The position numbers were made by a program, and so were the translations under genes. From Chlorokybus atmophyticus (lineage: Eukaryota; Plantae; Mesostigma and Chlorokybus algae): a stretch of 64,000 nucleotides of DNA. Positions within the stretch are counted from its first letter, which is position 1. The number at the start of each line of letters is the position of its first letter. The DNA is taken from assembly GCA_009103225.1 (NCBI GenBank), contig RHPI01000984.1:1-64000 (forward strand), written 5' to 3'. This document shows, one piece after another, positions 57,666-64,000 of this stretch. The notes beneath the pieces were generated by a model, which saw only the letters and a list, made by a program, of their open reading frames with translations, did no database searches and was not told the DNA's origin.

Positions 57666-60156
57666 GTCGCAAGAACTATCTTTTTTCGTTCTCTATGCAT
57701 GACGCATATAGGGAATGAACCTTTTGCAGTCACGCAATTTTACGCACAGTCACGCTGCATTGCGGCGTGTCTGTACGCAACACGTGACGCAGCGTGAGTA
57801 GACGTTACACTATTGGCTAATACACGTTTTCATATATGTGTTGTTTAGCACAATATATGCCACTGATGATGCAATGCTTTGTGTTGAATGATGCATGTGA
57901 TTGTGCTAACCAATATACGCCTTTTTATAAATATTATGTACAATTTATCAAGATTTCGTTTCGTTCGGATTATTGTTCATTATTGTTGGTTCGTTTGCTG
58001 TCACTCAATGATGTCGCCAAAACAAAGCAAGGTTATATGAACCTTAAACTTTATGATAACAATATTGTTCAGGTTCTTGTTCTTTGTTCGTGCGGTCATG
58101 CCCGAACCTAGGTTCGGCCCCAGCCCTACTGATTAGCACTGATTGATCTACTCATTTATCTGATTGATTAAGTATCAACCTGTAGATTATTACAAATCAT
58201 TACTGTAGGAGGGATTCTGTCAGCAGGACTTCTTAGCGGCGCGTGTGCTGTGCAGGCACAAAGCCCCGCTCAATCAAGCAGTTTTTCCGGCAACTTTCCG
58301 CCACTGTCATCATCATCAGCCTGAAGCTACTCCGACGTGTTTGCGGAGTGGCATCCACGTGGACATTCAGAGGGGTAGGTTGTTGCCTTGGCTTTGGTGC
58401 AGGCGTGAGGCAGAAGGTTGGCGGCATTGTTGGCGTGGTCTGTTGCTGTGACGTGCGAAAGCTTGGGGAGGAGGTGGCACATACAAAGGAAGCATAAGGG
58501 TTAGGGTGAGGGTAAGGGCGTGATCAGGCTGTCAAGGTCTGGCAGCTAACCACGGGGGTGGCTAGCCAGGTCGACCGCCTTGCGGCTGTTGCTGGCTGGC
58601 TTTCCGCCTCTGCCTAAGATATGGCGTGGGCGTGCTGTCGCTGTTGAGCTTGGCTGTTGTTTATGGCGATGGTGACGGTGGGGGCGACGGCACTGCCGGC
58701 TGTGTCGTTGGTAAGGCTCGAGGTGTCGGCGTTTTCTTGCGGCGAGAGTCAATGGCGAGCCGAATTAATTGACAAGCACAAAATTGTGCCAGTCTTGCGT
58801 GGTTCTGGCTCTTCCTTTTTTGCAGAGTCGCTGCGGGGAGCTGCCGTCCGGTCCTCCAGCAGGCCGCACCGCACCTTCACCAAGCGCTAGCTTGCTTCTA
58901 AAGCAACCGTCCCTGGAGTAAACCTATCCGACATTGAGCCAACGGAACAGGTGAGCTCGGTTGAGGTTCTCATTCTGTGGCAGATTCACTTGTGAAACAA
59001 GGAGAGCTAGCTAGCTGTACAACTATGCCTGGCTGTGTCTGTTGCGCATCCGGCAACAACCGGTTGTGACTCTGCCAATTGACCGTTCGCTCATGGTGTT
59101 GCTTTTGCAGAGTATCTCCCAGCAAGACTGCCCTTTGTTCTAAGTGCTGCGGGCCATTGCCATACCCTCGTTTGCTGTCTTCTGTACACCAGCGATTGTT
59201 GCGGCAGCTGCTGTTGGAGCTGTTGCCAGCCATATTATGAAAGAAGAGGCGGCATCTGCTTTCGATGATGCACCTGTTGTGTAAGTTGCTTGCTGATGTG
59301 GGATCACCCTCAAAGTGGTGACGAATGGCTGTCACGCGTTGAGTGCTCTGATGCATTTGTGCGCGCACAGGCACTACAAGTCAAGGCACAATAAGCAGGA
59401 TACGGTGCGCAATGCGTTCATGGTCAGTCAATGCGTTGCCTTTGATGCGGCGTTTGCCGCATCCGTCATGATGCTACACCCTGTGGTCGTCGCTGTTGCG
59501 GCCGCTGTTGGGACCGTCACCATGGTGGACTTGCGAAGTATGATCAGCTCCACGGCAGGGAATGACAGTCACAGCGGGCCAGAACTGGCGGCCATATCCA
59601 AATCAGCAGCGTCAGGAGCCCAATCGAACAATCAGGCTGCAGGTGTTCGCACATGTACACACCTGCAGACTCACAGCATACCAATGTGTGCATATGTGCT
59701 GCATACACGTGCTATATACAGATGCTGTCGTTCTTTGTGTATTCCTTCAAGACCTGCATTAGTTAGATCTGCTGCGCATAAAAGCAGTCCTTTGTCTTCA
59801 TTGAATTGCAGTGAGCTCAGTCGGACTGCACACAGTCTACACCAAGTGCATTGGCTACATACAAGCATGTAAGCACAGCTTACCAAACAGTATGGCATGC
59901 TGTTGCATATGCTGTGCACAAACTTTTTGGCATGCCTTCTAGAACTCAATGCTGCACTGCCTTCTTTGTTGTGCACATTGCCTTGTTTACCAAGGTACTG
60001 TGCACCACAACGTCAGTGTGCACACTACCTAATTGGCACTGTATTGGTTAAGTGCGTGTGCCATCATCATGCACACCTGTGAGCCCATGCCATGCCTGCG
60101 CCCCGATTACCTGGAGCACCTCATGTTCACTCAACAGCCCACGTGTTGCTTTGCAG

Positions 60157-61965
60157 GAACAAGCACAGACACAACAGGTACAACCGCACATAGCAACAAT
60201 GCTGCCAGCAGCAACAGCAACAGCAACAGCACCGTGTTGGGACGCACTGTATACCTATTGCATTGTTAAGCGTGTCCAGAACACGCTCAACAGGTATTGC
60301 CATTGCAATTGCCAATTATGCCGTCTCGAGGAGGACCTTACCATCTCTCCCGCACCCAGACAGGAGTAGCTGGCTTGCGACTGATTGACCGGTCTGTCAT
60401 CGTAATCCATTCAGGTCAACTGGCTTGCAACACTGCGCGATAAGTACAATCTTCAAGTGCTTTTGGACTGGGAACCGCATAAGGACACATTGGAGACTTG
60501 AACCAGTAAATATGGGACTGCAGGCTACAAGGTCTGTGCACATGTAACTGTCATGCTCGTGACCAACCAATACTCAACGCACCAATGCGTGGTGCACGCT
60601 AGGCATCACGCAGTTGCTCAGCACAAACACTGCTTGCAAAGGCCCCCCAGGGGGGGCCCCTGCGATTGCAAGCTTGTTGATACTGTCGTGACTCAGCTAG
60701 TGGAACTGCAGGTAGTGGCGGTGGGAAATTTGAATGTGTTGATGTCGTCAAGCAAACTGCGGAAGGACATGCAGTTGCGAATGCCGTTGCGCGGCAGTGG
60801 CAGCTGCTGACATGTCTGCTGAACCAAATGCACAATCAAGGCAGGTGGCTCGTACTAATCGTCTTCAAGGTTGGTTCGCTCGCACATACACCCCTTGCTG
60901 TCACTGCCATTGGGCGAACAGTTGTTTTCAGACTCAAGGCGTTCAGTGCCCCGCAATTGTATCATTAATTGTATTTGGTGCGCAGGGTGCTATCCCACGA
61001 ATGCACATTCCCGAGAGGCTACGGGAATTCAGATGCTACTAAATAGATCCCGACTCGGACACATCTCAATCGGTTTTTACAAGCTTCCTGGCGGGTTTGG
61101 AGAATAAATGGGTCTTCTTGTCTTATTGCCAACGCGCCGTGACGCACGTGCAAAAGGTGTCACTGTTGATGGTTGGCTGAATGCAGGCCACACCTCTGTG
61201 ATCTGGTCGCCAACCGTGCCTACAAAACTGCATTGTCCTCTTGATATATGCAATCAGCTCACCTCCTGGTTGCATAAACGTGCAGGTGTCTCAGCTTGCG
61301 TGGAGGATACATGCTTGTGGATTTGAGGTAGTCATCGATCAGATAAAACCTTATTCCATGGCATGGGCCCAGTTTATTGCGCAGGGTTTTGCGGAAGGCA
61401 CCAAGGTTTGCGCACACGTCCCTTTTTCGAACATGAAAACTTATTGTATGTGATGTCGGCTCTGTGGTCATCTAAATGCAGTTCAGGTTCTCGTGGTGGG
61501 AGACCCAGATTATGTGCGGATTGCCAAACGGGACAACACGAGCACGTATGATGATGGGCACGGAGTATCAGTGGAATGGCTGCAGATATCCACAAGGATT
61601 TTCAACCAGCACAACGCAGGCAACGCTGCTTGTACCAGTGTTCTTGAAGGTTCGTTTCCTTACACATGAATGGTCACAACAGTTGCGCTTGTGTAACGAC
61701 TATGCGAGCGCCAAGGCAATCGCGCAGACGCCGTTGAATGCTATAGGTGGTACTGCTGCCATCGCATTGCCTGCAACCCTGTGAGCTTCTCTCTTGGAAT
61801 GTGCAGGGCGGTAACCGGGAAACCCGCCTCCCTGAATTGCTACAATCGTGGACATATCATCAGATCGACCCCGATTCTGAGTGTGATCCAGGTTCTGAAG
61901 GGTTATTGGATTATTTGAACGATGTGTTGCCCAAGTTGCAAGTTCATCACCCAACCGAGGATTGA
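60157..61965 (+). pseudogene. Tandem SEFIR/TIR-like domain gene; exons 60157-60293, 60415-60531, 60712-60869, 60986-61156, 61286-61405, 61487-61649, 61807-61965
   Basis: Domain 2 splices to KWVFLSYCQRAVTHVQK|VSQLAWRIHACGFEVVIDQIKPYSMAWAQFIAQGFAEGTK|VLVVGDPDYVRIAK...GHGVSVEWLQI...LLVPVFLK|GGNRETRLPELLQSWTYHQIDPDSE..EGLLDYL. Domain 1 is a diverged copy with the same phase-0 intron positions. The gene has 3 stops and 2 frameshifts. Confidence 0.75.
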
Positions 61966-64000
61966 TTTGGCTTACTGGTATATTGACACATTTGATTGAT
62001 ACGATGCGCCTTAGTTGTTGGACAATTCAGTAGTCTTAAAGATGTGTATAAGTTATAATTGTGAATTGGTTTGTAATAGCCCATCTTATAGTGTGCCGTA
62101 CCCGCTCTCTTGCATGGGTTGTGGCTGCAAGAGTCTTGTAGCCCTAACACACCACAACAACAGCCCTTGATGGTGTCAGCGCAGTCGGCCTTAACCCCTA
62201 ATGCCTCTTGTCGCTCACATGGGACGATGATGTGGTCGCGCATGACCATCATGGTGTGACGGTACAAGCTTTGTGCTCCGTGCGTGCAAGTGACAGACGT
62301 GCGAGCTATGCCGCCCGCACGCTGCCCGACTCGGGCCTCAAGATAATGGATTGGCATGCTGAGACGGCCATGAAGCTGCGTATCATATAGAGTGTGCTGC
62401 CGGCAGCCCGCAGGTGCAGTGAAGCACACCACTACAAATCGCCCAGTGGCCTTTCAACTATCTAAAATATCAATATTTACGCTGATACTATCAACATCCA
62501 ATGTTGATCGTATCAACACGAATGTCGAGAGCACCGCCTTGATGAGCGTCAACATACAATTTGATATTAGCAATAATCAAGCTGATGTAACAAACAGTTG
62601 CATCTCCTAGATCAACGCAAACGTCCAAAATTTACCATGCGCGATCAATGTGAATGTTTTTGTACATGCATGTTGACAGTGCAAGAAAGCCATGGATACC
62701 ATACAGCAATATACATGTTGAAATCATGTTCATGGCATGCTACCGTTTACTTGTCATCTACCCATGTATAATGTATTGGACTGTGCTTGTGCTCGGGTGT
62801 GGAACTTGACAGCTCCTGACTCAAGTAGGTGCCACCTGCCCCAATGGCAGTTCAGTGCATTGCTGCAAGTGGGGGCGCAATGCACGAATGTAGGAACTGG
62901 GCAGCTACGAGGAGCGCTAACGCATGTACTCAATAGCATCCACCTACAAGTAGAAAGGTGTTCATGCAGCTGTGAGTACATTCAGTGAAGTGGCATGTTC
63001 TGCTACAATTGCAACATACTACGTACACACCTTGGCTGCAAAATTGTCACAGACGCATTGGGCTTGCTGCCAGGGTCCTAATGTGCCACAAACTTCCTGG
63101 TTGTTGCGGTTGTTATCAGTGTTGCCCTGTTGTGTCTTCTTTGCTGTTATCGCAAGCACAGCAGCGCAACAACAAGGACCCCCCGAGGACGAGCAAGGTC
63201 ACCGAGGAGAGTGCTGAGGATGCCGTGCGTTCAGACCAGATACAGACCTGCAAAAGGAGAAGTTCAGCACTGGACACCATAGTTTTACTGCAGGCAGACA
63301 CAATGTCTATGCATGATTGTATGGCCATGCACACAGGCGCGTGCGTTCATGCGCGTGTGCAGTGGTACCAGCAAGTGAAATGGGTGACGAAAATATGTGT
63401 GGTTGGTGCAAGCGCATACGTTGCAACCATGCGCATGCGCTAATCACGCAGCAGCAGCAGCAGCAGAAGTGAGCGGAAGGCAAGAACATGGCTAGGTCTG
63501 AAATCAATTACCAGGATCAGATTCTTGAACAGCTGCCATCGTGGCTTGCGCAATAACTGAGTGTCATTCAAGTCATCTTTGTCAACTGCCTACGAAAGCG
63601 GTGGGCAACCGCCTGGGCCAGCTCTAAGGCTGAAGCACACAGTGTGGTGACCCAAAACAACGACATTCAATGCAAAATTAGAATACGTAATGTGCAGGTC
63701 GCTGGCGCTTGCACAGAATCGCTTATACTGTAGCAACAGTACTACTGAGGGCATGGACTGCTATGCTATAAAGCCAACATGTTGTTTGAACTCCTCCACC
63801 AAGTCCCTTAAAATCCATCGACAAGGGAAGATTTCAACTTCTGTGGTAGTCATCAGCTGCCCACCTAACACACGATTATAAATTGCAAAAGCACATAACG
63901 AACGCATGTCATGTGCTGATGCATGTCACACGCAAGTCCCGTGCAAGTGGGATGTCCATTGTTACATGTAGTTCGTGCCGCTGCTGCAAACGCCTTAGCA

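Noticed and set aside
57930-58128. hAT-like end (CCGAACCTAGGTTCGG...CAGCCCTA, reading TAGGGCTG on the minus strand)
   Set aside because: No matching opposite TIR or 8-bp TSD was found in the window.
51156-58518. Segment capped by outward-facing telomeric tracts, like a mini-chromosome
   Set aside because: The right tract (58495-58518) has only 4 units, 1 of them perfect, and the interior is a mix of unrelated TE fragments.
59440-59560. Cys-rich CGVCRIRH...CCGRCWDRHH as an N-terminal zinc finger of the SEFIR gene
   Set aside because: It is preceded by a stop and out of frame with the downstream exon; GC-rich low complexity could explain it.
62170-62400. Possible LINE RT-downstream motif (GLKIMDWHAETAMKLRII)
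   Set aside because: No RT core or endonuclease motifs lie nearby, so the similarity is too weak to call.

Overview
Eukaryotic nuclear DNA with short GT-AG introns, CA/TG-rich intronic sequence and two N gaps. The host is probably a green alga or early-diverging plant; this is inferred from a TIR-NLR, chromovirus-type Ty3 elements, a PHD-bearing integrase and TTAGGG-type repeats. The only clearly intact host gene is a 4-exon TIR-NB-ARC-LRR immune receptor (12783-16510), which has decayed LRR paralog fragments upstream on the minus strand. A second TIR-superfamily locus (60157-61965) appears only after splicing by hand: two tandem SEFIR/TIR-like domains with a duplicated exon structure, now pseudogenised. 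About 18-58 kb is a nest of transposons. It holds two copies of one Ty3/chromovirus family, a CACGG-ended candidate DNA transposon carrying a SET-domain gene, and a CACTA TnpA-like gene with a terminus. It also holds a CACTA transposase interrupted by a solo LTR and by a near-intact hAT element (16-bp TIRs, 8-bp TSD), an integrase-PHD fusion and a further chromovirus remnant. No rRNA, tRNA or CRISPR array was seen. All domain calls come from motif recognition by eye, not database searches.
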